DNA of 64,000 nt from Minisyncoccota bacterium. GTDB taxonomy: Bacteria; Patescibacteriota; Minisyncoccia; Minisyncoccales; Minisyncoccaceae. Position 1 is the first letter of the stretch. Each line of letters starts with the position of its first letter. Positions 15,852 through 24,370 of the stretch are shown here, one piece after another. The position numbers and the translations under genes were made by a program. The notes under the pieces were generated by a model, which did no database searches, had not been told where the DNA came from, and saw only the letters and a list, made by a program, of their open reading frames with translations. Location of the stretch: assembly GCA_041651685.1 (NCBI GenBank), contig JBAZIU010000001.1, positions 308,414 to 372,413 on the forward strand. The letters run 5' to 3'.

Positions 15852-18800
15852 ATGCCTCAAATATTTAAAGATAAAAGGTTCGTTATATTATTTTCCGCAA
15901 TTTTGTTTTTAATTATCGGAGGTTTTTGTTTTTGGAATGTAAATTTCAACAATGATGTTTCTGCAGCAGGGGAGAGTTGGCTTACCGGATGGAGCTACAG
16001 AAAGCCGATAACTGTAACCTCTACATCCGCAGCAACTGATTATCAAGTAAAACTAACCGTTTCATATATTGCTTCAAAAATGAACGCTGATTTTAGCGAT
16101 TTAAGATTCACTTCGTCGAACGGTTCAACCGAACTTTCTTACTGGATTGAATCATACACCGCTTCAACTTCTGCCATCGTTTGGGTTAAGGTTCCTTCTC
16201 TTGCTTCAGGTGCAAATACAATATACATGTATTATGGAAAATCTTCGGTAGCCACTACTTCTAACGGAACCAATACTTTTATTTTCTTTGATGATTTTAA
16301 CGGGACTCTTAGTAAATGGATGTCTGTAGGCTCAAATAGCCAGTGTTCCCCATCGACAAATTCTATTGGTGGAGGAGTATTTACAACATCAAATAATTAT
16401 GGTTCTGCTAATACCGTTGGACTGACGAGTGCAAGTCCTCTTTCCGTCACAGACAATTTTATCGTTGGAACGAAATTTAAGATGATGCCAGCGTGTACCT
16501 ATGCAGACGTTCGCTTCTTTCTTAATGTTAAGGCTTCGACTCAAGCGGCCATTAATGGTTCGTGTATTTTTTATAGAGAAGGGTCAACAATGTATAATAG
16601 ACTTTATGTGGATTATAATACGTCGTCATATACTTCCGTAAGTTCTCTTGCTGATAATACGTATTATAAAACAGAAATTTCTTATTACGGTGGCAACGGT
16701 AAAATAAATCTATATACATCAGACGGGACCTTATTGGGAACCAATAGCGGGACTATTCCAAACGGCGGTAATTACATTTCCGTTGGGAACGGCGGTCATA
16801 ATTATGGATCAGTTGATTGGCTTTATGTCCGTAAATATGTTTCTTCTGAGCCGACAATATCTTTCGGAGCCGAAGGAGAGCCGCCCTACACTTTTTCCTA
16901 CCGCACACCGATAATGATTAACAACACTCCCAATTCAAGTACGCTGACCAATTATCAAATTTTAGTAACTGTCGACACCGCTTCTTTGGTTAGTGCCGGA
17001 AAACTTCAAAGCGATTGTGACGATATTAGTTTTACCGACAACTCAACTTCATATAATAGTGGAGACTGGACCAATAAATATCCCTACTGGATAGAATCAG
17101 GATGTAACACCCCCACAACTAAGATTTGGGTCAAAGTGGATTCTATCGCCGCTTTGTCGTACAAGTCTATTTATATGTATTACGGAAATTTATCGGCAAC
17201 CATTGCCTCAAGTGGAACTAACACTTTTGTTTTCTTTGATGATTTTACCGGAACAACCATTAATACCAGTAAATGGATTAAAACCGATTCGGGAGGATAT
17301 ATAAGCCAAAACGGAGTTTTAACCATTAGTAATGGAACTGCAACTTGGGGCCAAACAGAAATGCACACGGTCAGTGATTTCAACAGGGCTGATGGATTGG
17401 TGGTCCAAGGCAAATACAAATCAACAATGGTAAGAGGAGCATCCTATACAGATACTACTATGCTTTGGATCAAAGATTCGGGAACAGGAACCAATTATAC
17501 GGATTATATTTATGCTTTATATCCGTATGAATCCAGTGGGGCAGCTTTTGCTATGTATGAAGACGGTAACTCAAGAGGTACTGCAACTGGAACCTTTACC
17601 GCCAACACTCAATACAACATTAGACAGATAATAAAGAGTGCGGGGGCATTAACTCAAATAAGTACGGATGGAGGGGATACGTGGACAGATAGTTATAATT
17701 CAACTTATTCAACCGAAACACCATTTAAGGTTGGCTTTACGCATTATCAAGGCGGAGATGTTATCATCGACAATGTGATTGTTCGTAAATATACATCAAC
17801 TGAACCGACGGTGACTGTGATTAATGAATCCCTTGATGGTTGCTCTGCTACTGGAGGAGTGATAACCAAAATTAGCGGTTATTGTATTCATACGTTTATT
17901 TCCAGCGGAACTTTTTATCCCAATAGTATTGCTTCCGTCGAATACCTTGTAGTTGGAGGCGGAGGGGCGGGTGGAAGAGAGGCGTCTACAGCTGGTTCCG
18001 GTGGAGGCGCTGGTGGATTGTTAACGTCTACGGGACTTGCCATTACACCCGGGTCATCTATTACAGTTACCGTAGGTGCTGGAGGTGTAGACGGCGGTGG
18101 CGTGGCAGGCACCAACGGTGGCAATTCTGTATTTTCAACAATTACTGCAACTGGCGGAGGCGGCGGAAGTTATTATTCTGGTGCAGATGGTGGTAGCGGA
18201 GGAGGATCAGGTCCGGGCGGTACTGCCGGAGGGACTGGTACACAAAATAACAATCCTGCGGGAATTGGTTTTGGCCACGATGGAGGATTGGGGGCATCAA
18301 ATGGTGGCGGTGGAGGCGGCGGAGGCGGCGCAGCTGGTGGAAACGCTTCATCAGGAGTCGGAGGAAGTGGAGGGGCGGGCATTTCTTCATCTATTACAGG
18401 AACAGCTACTTATTATGCCGGTGGGGGAGGAGGATCAGGTTCTTCTACAGCTGGCTCCGGCGGAAGCGGCATAGGAGGAGCTGGTAATATTGGTAATGGA
18501 AACGGAGGTAATGGAGTCGCAAATACTGGCAGCGGCGGCGGCGGCGCAAGGATTGGGTACATTGTTGGCTCCGGTGGTTCCGGTATCGTTATTGTCAAAT
18601 ATTTGATTGACAGCACGAGTCCGGTGATTGCTCAAGTTACAGCCGTACCCAGCCCTACAAGCGACACTACTCCCGATTATACTTTCAGTTCCACCGAAGC
18701 GGGAACCATCACATACGGTGGCGATTGTTCCAGTTCCACAACTTCAGCTGTATCTGGAAATAATACAATTACATTTAATATTTTGGCCGAAGGAACTCAT

Positions 18801-19739
18801 AGTAATTGTACAATTAAAGTAGCCGATGCTTCAAATAATAACAGCAACACCTTAACCGTTAATTCTTTTACCATTGCTTCGCATGTATCCACAGTATATT
18901 CCAACGGTGTTTTTTCCTGTTTTGTTTCCGGTGATTGCGGTACCGGAACAACTATTTTGAAATTGTCTGATTATATGGGCGGCCATGCCGAACTGTCCAG
19001 CGGAAGTGTTTACGAATACAAAGTTTGTTGTAGCGGAACAGGAATATCTAATTCATGTTCTGGTGGTTCGACTGTTTTGAGATTATCCGCTTCTACCGAC
19101 GCTCACGTGGAACAAAACAACAGAAGCAACAGTGCATATAATTCAAATAGCGTCTGTATCTCCGGAACAACCGGAATGACTTGCAGCTATGCAAGCAGCT
19201 GTTCTTCTCTCGGTTCTAACTATGTTTGTTTGGCATCGATTTCCGGAGACACCAATGCCCATGTTGCCGAGTGCGGTGTTTATTCGACTCAAGTTTGCTG
19301 CCAGACATCTGTTCCCACCAATTCGTGTATTGCAAAAATATCCGCTGTTCCATCGGTGGATAAGGCGGGAAGCGTTCAACTATGTTCCGATGCTGATATT
19401 ACCAACTCTTCCGACCCTTGTTATTCCACCTGCTGGACGGGAACGGGAACACCTGTTGTGACTGATTCCGATTGGAAATGCAGTACCTGCAAAGATACAA
19501 GTAACAATACTATTCCTTGCTTTAATTCGGGAGCCACCTATAGCTGGACCTTATCGGGCGGTCATTCATCTTCTTCCGATTACACGATTACCTCGGGCGG
19601 CTTATCCAGTGCCAATCTAAATATTAATTTTATCGTTGCCGACAAGACGAGAAAAGCGACTTTAAGTATTAATAGCAATCTTTGCAATGCGACAACTGGT
19701 GCCTTGTCGCCGGTATGGAAGGAGGTATCGCCATTTTAA
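15852..19739 (+). CDS. Giant membrane-anchored surface protein: 2x DUF2341 + LamG-like modules, Gly-rich domain, Ig-like domain, Cys-rich repeats
   Basis: Start moved to ATG 15852 (MPQIFKDKRFVILFSAILFLIIGGF, signal anchor) downstream of the promoter. WSYRKPITV...LRFTSSNGSTELSYWIES...IVWVKVP...IYMYYG and FSYRTPIMI...ISFTD...YPYWIES...IWVKVD...IYMYYGN are DUF2341-type; FFDDFNG/FFDDFTG...VRKY are LamG-like; YLVVGGGGAGG...GGSGIVIVKY is the Gly-rich domain. Confidence 0.8.
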   Translation: MPQIFKDKRFVILFSAILFLIIGGFCFWNVNFNNDVSAAGESWLTGWSYRKPITVTSTSAATDYQVKLTVSYIASKMNADFSDLRFTSSNGSTELSYWIESYTASTSAIVWVKVPSLASGANTIYMYYGKSSVATTSNGTNTFIFFDDFNGTLSKWMSVGSNSQCSPSTNSIGGGVFTTSNNYGSANTVGLTSASPLSVTDNFIVGTKFKMMPACTYADVRFFLNVKASTQAAINGSCIFYREGSTMYNRLYVDYNTSSYTSVSSLADNTYYKTEISYYGGNGKINLYTSDGTLLGTNSGTIPNGGNYISVGNGGHNYGSVDWLYVRKYVSSEPTISFGAEGEPPYTFSYRTPIMINNTPNSSTLTNYQILVTVDTASLVSAGKLQSDCDDISFTDNSTSYNSGDWTNKYPYWIESGCNTPTTKIWVKVDSIAALSYKSIYMYYGNLSATIASSGTNTFVFFDDFTGTTINTSKWIKTDSGGYISQNGVLTISNGTATWGQTEMHTVSDFNRADGLVVQGKYKSTMVRGASYTDTTMLWIKDSGTGTNYTDYIYALYPYESSGAAFAMYEDGNSRGTATGTFTANTQYNIRQIIKSAGALTQISTDGGDTWTDSYNSTYSTETPFKVGFTHYQGGDVIIDNVIVRKYTSTEPTVTVINESLDGCSATGGVITKISGYCIHTFISSGTFYPNSIASVEYLVVGGGGAGGREASTAGSGGGAGGLLTSTGLAITPGSSITVTVGAGGVDGGGVAGTNGGNSVFSTITATGGGGGSYYSGADGGSGGGSGPGGTAGGTGTQNNNPAGIGFGHDGGLGASNGGGGGGGGGAAGGNASSGVGGSGGAGISSSITGTATYYAGGGGGSGSSTAGSGGSGIGGAGNIGNGNGGNGVANTGSGGGGARIGYIVGSGGSGIVIVKYLIDSTSPVIAQVTAVPSPTSDTTPDYTFSSTEAGTITYGGDCSSSTTSAVSGNNTITFNILAEGTHSNCTIKVADASNNNSNTLTVNSFTIASHVSTVYSNGVFSCFVSGDCGTGTTILKLSDYMGGHAELSSGSVYEYKVCCSGTGISNSCSGGSTVLRLSASTDAHVEQNNRSNSAYNSNSVCISGTTGMTCSYASSCSSLGSNYVCLASISGDTNAHVAECGVYSTQVCCQTSVPTNSCIAKISAVPSVDKAGSVQLCSDADITNSSDPCYSTCWTGTGTPVVTDSDWKCSTCKDTSNNTIPCFNSGATYSWTLSGGHSSSSDYTITSGGLSSANLNINFIVADKTRKATLSINSNLCNATTGALSPVWKEVSPF

Positions 19740-19770
19740 GAAAAGATGTGATTGAATAAAGAATAAAAAT

Positions 19771-20160
19771 ATGTCAAAAAATAACATTTTTATCTTAATC
19801 CTTTCGGTGATAATTCTTTTGACCTCCGCTTATTTTTTCTATCTCAGCAGAACGGTCGATTCATATTATGCGGTATATTTAAAGACCGGCGATTTGTATT
19901 TCGGACACCTTTCAACTTTTCCTTCATTCAAAATGACCGACGTCTATTACATCCAGAAGAACGAAACAGACAATAGTTTGGGATTGCAAAAGTTCACCGA
20001 TTCTGTTTTTGCTCCGGAAAATCAGATTACTTTAGTTAAAGACAACATCGTCTGGACGACCAAACTGAAAGAAGATTCTCAGATTATCAAGGCGATAAAA
20101 CAGGGAATTACCACTACAACTAACGATCAAACACAAACAAATAATAATCAATCTAAATAA
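19771..20160 (+). CDS. Small membrane-anchored protein of unknown function
   Basis: 129 aa, N-terminal TM, Thr/Asn/Gln-rich tail; sits between the giant protein and the S74 fibre gene (1-nt gap to the latter). Confidence 0.55.
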   Translation: MSKNNIFILILSVIILLTSAYFFYLSRTVDSYYAVYLKTGDLYFGHLSTFPSFKMTDVYYIQKNETDNSLGLQKFTDSVFAPENQITLVKDNIVWTTKLKEDSQIIKAIKQGITTTTNDQTQTNNNQSK

Positions 20161-20161
20161 T

Positions 20162-21325
20162 ATGAATAAACAAAAATATCTAATTATTTTTATAGTTTTA
20201 TTCCTCGGTTTAGGTTTTTGTATCTACCAATATTTGGAAACATTCAAAACAGAAGTTGCTTCTGCAACTTCAACCGTTCCCAATCCGGGACACCTTTGGA
20301 GTTCCATGGAATGCAATTCCGATACTTTGTGCGTTGATACGGTCAACAACAGATTGGGAATAGGGACGGCGAGTCCGGCGGCAAAGATAGACATAGTTGG
20401 TAGCTTACGACTGGCATCATCAAGTACATATAAGAGATTTATCAATGTAGCATCGTATGAAGCTCAGGGATTCACTAAAACTGGTACCATAGTTATTAAA
20501 GTTGGACGCACGTCTACGCATTTTATGTCAAAAATTAGAATTTCTGGTTGGTCATATACTAAATCTTGGGACGTAACGGTTTCTGGCTACGCCCAGCCGA
20601 CACAGTGGTATCATACGGGAAATGTTGTTATTACTGGTAATCCTCCGTTTAGTGCATCTGATGTTAGGTTAATAACAGACGCTTCAAGTAATCAATATAT
20701 TCTTCTGGGCAAGACGACAACTTCTCACAATTATTACACGATGATTGGTGTCGATGCCGAGGAAACATATAATAATGCTTTGAATTCCGCCGGATGGACT
20801 ATTGATATAACCACAACTGAGCCAGTTGCGGCCTCTACTGTTACCCCGGTCGTGTCTTTGTTCGGCGGAACCTCGGTGATTCCCGGATATCTCGGTATTG
20901 GTACAGCAACTCCCGGTTATGCCTTAACCGTCGCCGGAACCGCCTGGGTCACCTCCGGTTCTTGGTCCGGCTCTGATGCAAGATGGAAAAAGAACGTTTC
21001 TACTCTTTCAACAACATCCTCTCTTGATAAAATATTAGCTTTAAATCCGGTTAACTATGAATGGAAAACAGACGAATATCCGGAAATGAAGTTCTCAAAG
21101 GATGCCCAACTCGGCTTCATCGCTCAGGATGTGGAAAACATCATCCCCGAAGTCGTCACCACCGATAACAACGGATACAAGGGAATATCATACGAAAAGA
21201 TAGTTCCCGTCTTAACCAGTGCTGTTCAGGAGCAGCAAAAGGAGATAAAGAATCTTTCAGATGAGAACAAGTCGTTGAAAGAGCTTGTTTGTTTGGACCA
21301 TCCATTGGCCGATACTTGCAAATAA
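20162..21325 (+). CDS. Tail-fibre-like surface protein with a C-terminal Peptidase_S74 intramolecular chaperone domain (copy A)
   Basis: 387 aa; N-terminal TM; SDARWKKNVSTLSTTSSLDKILALNPVNYEWK...LGFIAQDVENIIPEVV...ISYEKIVPVLTSAVQEQQKEI matches the endosialidase-chaperone (S74) signature. Confidence 0.85.
   Translation: MNKQKYLIIFIVLFLGLGFCIYQYLETFKTEVASATSTVPNPGHLWSSMECNSDTLCVDTVNNRLGIGTASPAAKIDIVGSLRLASSSTYKRFINVASYEAQGFTKTGTIVIKVGRTSTHFMSKIRISGWSYTKSWDVTVSGYAQPTQWYHTGNVVITGNPPFSASDVRLITDASSNQYILLGKTTTSHNYYTMIGVDAEETYNNALNSAGWTIDITTTEPVAASTVTPVVSLFGGTSVIPGYLGIGTATPGYALTVAGTAWVTSGSWSGSDARWKKNVSTLSTTSSLDKILALNPVNYEWKTDEYPEMKFSKDAQLGFIAQDVENIIPEVVTTDNNGYKGISYEKIVPVLTSAVQEQQKEIKNLSDENKSLKELVCLDHPLADTCK
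20225..20378 (+). repeat. Dispersed repeat, N-terminal module of S74 copy A (pairs with 58139-58292)
   Basis: By-eye alignment: only a handful of substitutions over ~150 nt; the encoded YQYLETFKTEVASATSTVPNPGHLWSSMECNSDTLCVDT.NNRLGIGTASP is identical except for one residue. Confidence 0.85.
20924..21247 (+). repeat. Dispersed repeat, C-terminal S74 module of copy A (pairs with 58754-59077)
   Basis: By-eye alignment: mostly synonymous differences over ~320 nt; 108 aa with about 5 substitutions. Confidence 0.85.
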
Positions 21326-21342
21326 TACTAGAATTTAAGCGA

Positions 21343-21367
21343 CTCTTGCTCCGGCAAGAGTTTTTTG
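21343..21367 (+). terminator. Rho-independent terminator after the surface operon
   Basis: CTCTTGC-tccg-GCAAGAG followed by TTTTTT. Confidence 0.75.
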
Positions 21368-21502
21368 TTATACTGACAATGTAAGTATATTAACGTTAAT
21401 TTTGAATTTTTGGTAATTATTTAATAATCTTAAAGAATGGTAAAAAGCTTTAAAATTGAAAACTGATTATTTTTTGTGTGCCAAATTTTCATATATGAAA
21501 AT

Positions 21503-23029
21503 ATGGAAATACTATTGATTGTTGCAGCAATTGTTGCATTATTTGCTGGTGGCGTCGTCGGATATTTTATCCGTCAATCGATTGCCAGAAAAAGAGCCGG
21601 TTCAATTGAAGCAGAGTTGCAGAAAAAGATTACCCAGACCAGGCAGACGGCCGAAGAGTTGGTTAGTAAGGCCAAAGAGAAGGTTGAAGAGATAGAAAAG
21701 AAAAGCTACACCGATATTGAAGAAAGGCAAAAGGTGGTTATCAAGGCCGAAACTAGGATATTTAAGAAAGAAGAAGAGCTTGATTTAAGAGAAAAGGAGA
21801 CCAAAGACAAGGAAAAAGAAATCACAGACAAGGTTGAAAAGCTAAAAGAGATAAAGAACAACCTTGAAGAACTGAGACAGGAATCAATTAATAAACTGGA
21901 AAGAGTTGCCGGGCTTAGCAGGGAACAGGCTAAATCCGAGCTTTTGGATAAAGTTGAACAGGAATACAGCGTCGAGGTTTTGGAAAGAATGAGAAAGCTG
22001 GAAGCAAGAGGAGCGGAACAGTATGAAAAGAAAGCCAAGGAAATCATAGCTACGGCCGTCCAGTCATATGCTCTTCCTCAAGTTCAAGAAATTACAACCT
22101 CGTCGGTCGTCCTTCCTTCGGAGGAAATTAAAGGAAGGATTATCGGAAAAGAGGGAAGGAATATCCGGGCTTTTGAAAAAGCGGCCGGAGTTGAATTAAT
22201 CGTTGATGAAACGCCCGGCTTGGTTATTATTTCAAGCTTTAATCCGGTCAGAAGGGAAATTGCCAAGATTGCTCTGGAAAAGTTATTGAGAGATGGCAGA
22301 ATTCAGCCGGCCAGAGTTGAGCAGGAAATCGAAAAAGCTGAGGAGGAAGTTAACAAAAAGGTGAGGGAAGCCGGAGAGGCAGCGGTATACGAAACCGGAG
22401 TTCTTGATTTGCCGGAAAAGTTGGTTCAGGTTTTGGGAAGACTTCAGTACAGAACCAGTTACGGTCAAAACGTGCTTGCTCACTCGATAGAAGTGGCTCA
22501 TTTATCAGCCGCTTTGGCCGCAGAAATAGGCTTGAATGTCGCACTTTCCAAGAAAGCCGGATTATTGCATGATATAGGAAAGGCCCTTGACTATAAGATA
22601 GAAGGGTCTCATACTGATATTGGAGCGAAGATATTGGAGAAATTTAGCATTGACCCGGTCATTATTTCAGCCATGAGGTCGCACCACGAAGAGTATCCCT
22701 ATGAAAGTCCGGAGGCGATGATTGTCCAGGCCGCTGACCAGATTTCGGGAGCCAGACCGGGAGCGAGAAAGGATAGTTTGGAAAACTACTTGAAGAGATT
22801 GGAAGACTTGGAAGATATTGCCAATTCATTTAATGGAGTTGAGAAATCGTTTGCCATTCAGGGGGGCAGAGAATTGAGAGTGTTTGTTAAGCCTAAAGAG
22901 ATTGATGATTTGACGGCTCATAAATTGGCTAGGGAAATCGCCCAGAAGATACAGCAAGAATTGAAGTATCCGGGTGAAATAAAGGTAATGTTGATAAGAG
23001 AGTCGAGGACAATAGAGTACGCGAAATAA
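21503..23029 (+). CDS. rny: Ribonuclease Y
   Basis: N-terminal TM (MEILLIVAAIVALFAGG), coiled coil, KH (GRIIGKEGRNIRAFE), HD (LLHDIGKA). Start trimmed to ATG 21503. Confidence 0.9.
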   Translation: MEILLIVAAIVALFAGGVVGYFIRQSIARKRAGSIEAELQKKITQTRQTAEELVSKAKEKVEEIEKKSYTDIEERQKVVIKAETRIFKKEEELDLREKETKDKEKEITDKVEKLKEIKNNLEELRQESINKLERVAGLSREQAKSELLDKVEQEYSVEVLERMRKLEARGAEQYEKKAKEIIATAVQSYALPQVQEITTSSVVLPSEEIKGRIIGKEGRNIRAFEKAAGVELIVDETPGLVIISSFNPVRREIAKIALEKLLRDGRIQPARVEQEIEKAEEEVNKKVREAGEAAVYETGVLDLPEKLVQVLGRLQYRTSYGQNVLAHSIEVAHLSAALAAEIGLNVALSKKAGLLHDIGKALDYKIEGSHTDIGAKILEKFSIDPVIISAMRSHHEEYPYESPEAMIVQAADQISGARPGARKDSLENYLKRLEDLEDIANSFNGVEKSFAIQGGRELRVFVKPKEIDDLTAHKLAREIAQKIQQELKYPGEIKVMLIRESRTIEYAK

Positions 23030-23072
23030 GAAAAGGTCGACAATATATATAAAAAATAATATATACACTAAA

Positions 23073-23345
23073 ATGACAAAAGAAGATTTAATCGAAGCAA
23101 TCGTTAAGAAGACAGCCATGGCCAAGAAAGATGCTGCCGAGGCCTTAAGCACAGTTATCGAAGAAATAACAAAAACTCTATCAAAGGGTGGAGAGGTTAC
23201 ATTAACAGGATTTGGATCATTCAAGGTTGGACACAGAGCCGCCAGAGAGGGAAGAAATCCTAAAACAGGAGAAAAGATCAAGATTCCCGCAATGAAGACA
23301 CCCAAATTCAAGGCCGGAAAAGGATTGAAGGACGCTGTTAGATAA
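23073..23345 (+). CDS. hup: DNA-binding protein HU
   Basis: 90 aa; LTGFGSFKVGHRAAREGRNPKTGEKIKIPAMKTPKFKAGK. Confidence 0.95.
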   Translation: MTKEDLIEAIVKKTAMAKKDAAEALSTVIEEITKTLSKGGEVTLTGFGSFKVGHRAAREGRNPKTGEKIKIPAMKTPKFKAGKGLKDAVR

Positions 23346-23360
23346 ACTTAAAAACAAAAG

Positions 23361-23385
23361 CCACCCGTGAGGGTGGTTTTCTGTT
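23361..23385 (+). terminator. Rho-independent terminator after hup
   Basis: CCACCC-gtga-GGGTGG followed by TTTTCTGTTT. Confidence 0.7.
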
Positions 23386-23494
23386 TGACTAATTGTTGGA
23401 CCAATAATTATACTAATTGTTGTACTAATTATTGTACCAATTTTATACTGATTTTCTATTGAAATTATATAGATAAATTGTTATTATAGAAATA

Positions 23495-24184
23495 ATGTTA
23501 AGGAAAAAAGCTTTGTATGATAAGGCAATATCCTTGAGGAAGAAGGGGTTATCGTATAACGAGATTTTAGCTATTGTTCCTGCTGGACAGGGAACTATAT
23601 CTAGATGGTGTCATGACATAGAGTTGACAGAAAAACAAAAAAATAGGATAAAGGACAAGAAAAGAAGCACTTTTCTCATTAAGAATTCGATAGAGTCTTC
23701 GCTAAAGAATAAAGAAAAAGATAAAATTTGGGCAGAAACAGCAATAAGTAAAATAAAGATAGATGATAGTAAGTTGTTACTATCAGGAATTATGCTTTAT
23801 TGGGCGGAGGGGTTCAATAGTGATAAAAGCCAAAACGCAGTTTTTACAAATACCGATTCGGAAATGGTGAAAATAATGATGAGATTTTTTAGAAATATCC
23901 TTTTAGTCGATGATTTAAAAATGAAGGTTATGGTAAGAATAGGAGAAAGGGGAAATGTGAATAAAGCAGAAAAATACTGGTCTAAGATAACTGGCTTGCC
24001 AATGGGTAGTTTTCAAAAGCCAGAAATTTTAAAATTAAAAGAAAATAGTAGAAGTCTCGAAAGATTTCCTAATGGAATATGTAGACTTTCTATTTATGAT
24101 GTGACTGTGAGAAGGAAGATAAGTAATTGTATAAGATTAATAAAAGATACAACAAGTCCCCGTAGCTCAATGGACAGAGCCTAA
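23495..24184 (+). CDS. HTH + LAGLIDADG-like protein (putative free-standing homing-endonuclease-type gene)
   Basis: 229 aa; N-terminal HTH (GLSYNEILAIVPAGQGTISRWCHDI); LLLSGIMLYWAEGFNS resembles a LAGLIDADG helix; visibly more AT-rich than its neighbours. The last 29 nt including the stop lie inside tRNA-Arg(CCT). Confidence 0.4.
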   Translation: MLRKKALYDKAISLRKKGLSYNEILAIVPAGQGTISRWCHDIELTEKQKNRIKDKKRSTFLIKNSIESSLKNKEKDKIWAETAISKIKIDDSKLLLSGIMLYWAEGFNSDKSQNAVFTNTDSEMVKIMMRFFRNILLVDDLKMKVMVRIGERGNVNKAEKYWSKITGLPMGSFQKPEILKLKENSRSLERFPNGICRLSIYDVTVRRKISNCIRLIKDTTSPRSSMDRA

Positions 24185-24227
24185 GACTCCTAAGCTTAAG
24201 ATAGAGGTCCGATTCCTCTCGGGGACA
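24156..24227 (+). tRNA. tRNA-Arg (anticodon CCT)
   Basis: Acceptor GTCCCCG/CGGGGAC, loop CTCCTAA, T arm AGAGG-TCCGATT-CCTCT, 4-nt variable loop; one A-G mismatch at the base of the anticodon stem. Confidence 0.8.
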
Positions 24228-24237
24228 CAGGCGTTGA

Positions 24238-24310
24238 GGGCCCATGGCGAATTTGGTATCGCGCGCCCATGGCATGGGCGAGATGGCGGGTTCGAATCCC
24301 GCTGGGTCCA
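24238..24310 (+). tRNA. tRNA-Ala (anticodon GGC)
   Basis: Acceptor GGGCCCA/TGGGTCC with G3:U70, anticodon stem CGCCC/GGGCG with loop ATGGCAT, T arm GCGGG-TTCGAAT-CCCGC. Confidence 0.85.
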
Positions 24311-24319
24311 CATAATAAG

Positions 24320-24355
24320 CACCATTCTCTAAAAAAGAGAGTGGTGTTTTATTTT
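24320..24355 (+). terminator. Rho-independent terminator after the tRNA pair
   Basis: 11-bp stem CACCATTCTCT / AGAGAGTGGTG, followed by TTTTATTTT. Confidence 0.7.
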
Positions 24356-24370
24356 ACTTTGAGATATAAT

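Noticed and set aside
17900-18640. GC-rich patch with many overlapping ORFs on both strands (PPPP/AAEA-type peptides)
   Set aside because: The composition spike comes from the run of GGN glycine codons in the giant protein's Gly-rich domain. The other frames are shadows, not a foreign island or overlapping genes.
20162-21325. Prophage remnant, suggested by the S74 chaperone, tail-fibre motifs and Gly-rich domain
   Set aside because: There are no capsid, portal, terminase, tail tube, lysis or integrase genes anywhere nearby. The genes carry membrane anchors and sit among housekeeping genes. I interpret them as cellular fibre-like proteins of phage-related ancestry.
23386-23494. Short AT-rich direct repeats (ACTAATTGTTG / ACTAATTATTGTAC) as a stand-alone regulatory element
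   Set aside because: They are too short and degenerate to interpret alone. They are mentioned only as context for the LAGLIDADG-like gene.
24269-24370. N-terminal extensions of ORFs that begin inside tRNA genes (24269, 35462, 49885) or overlap an upstream gene (5211-6158)
   Set aside because: The extensions translate tRNA sequence (for example WARWRVRIPLGP) or overlap the neighbouring CDS. In each case an internal ATG gives a sensible N-terminus, and the starts were trimmed accordingly.
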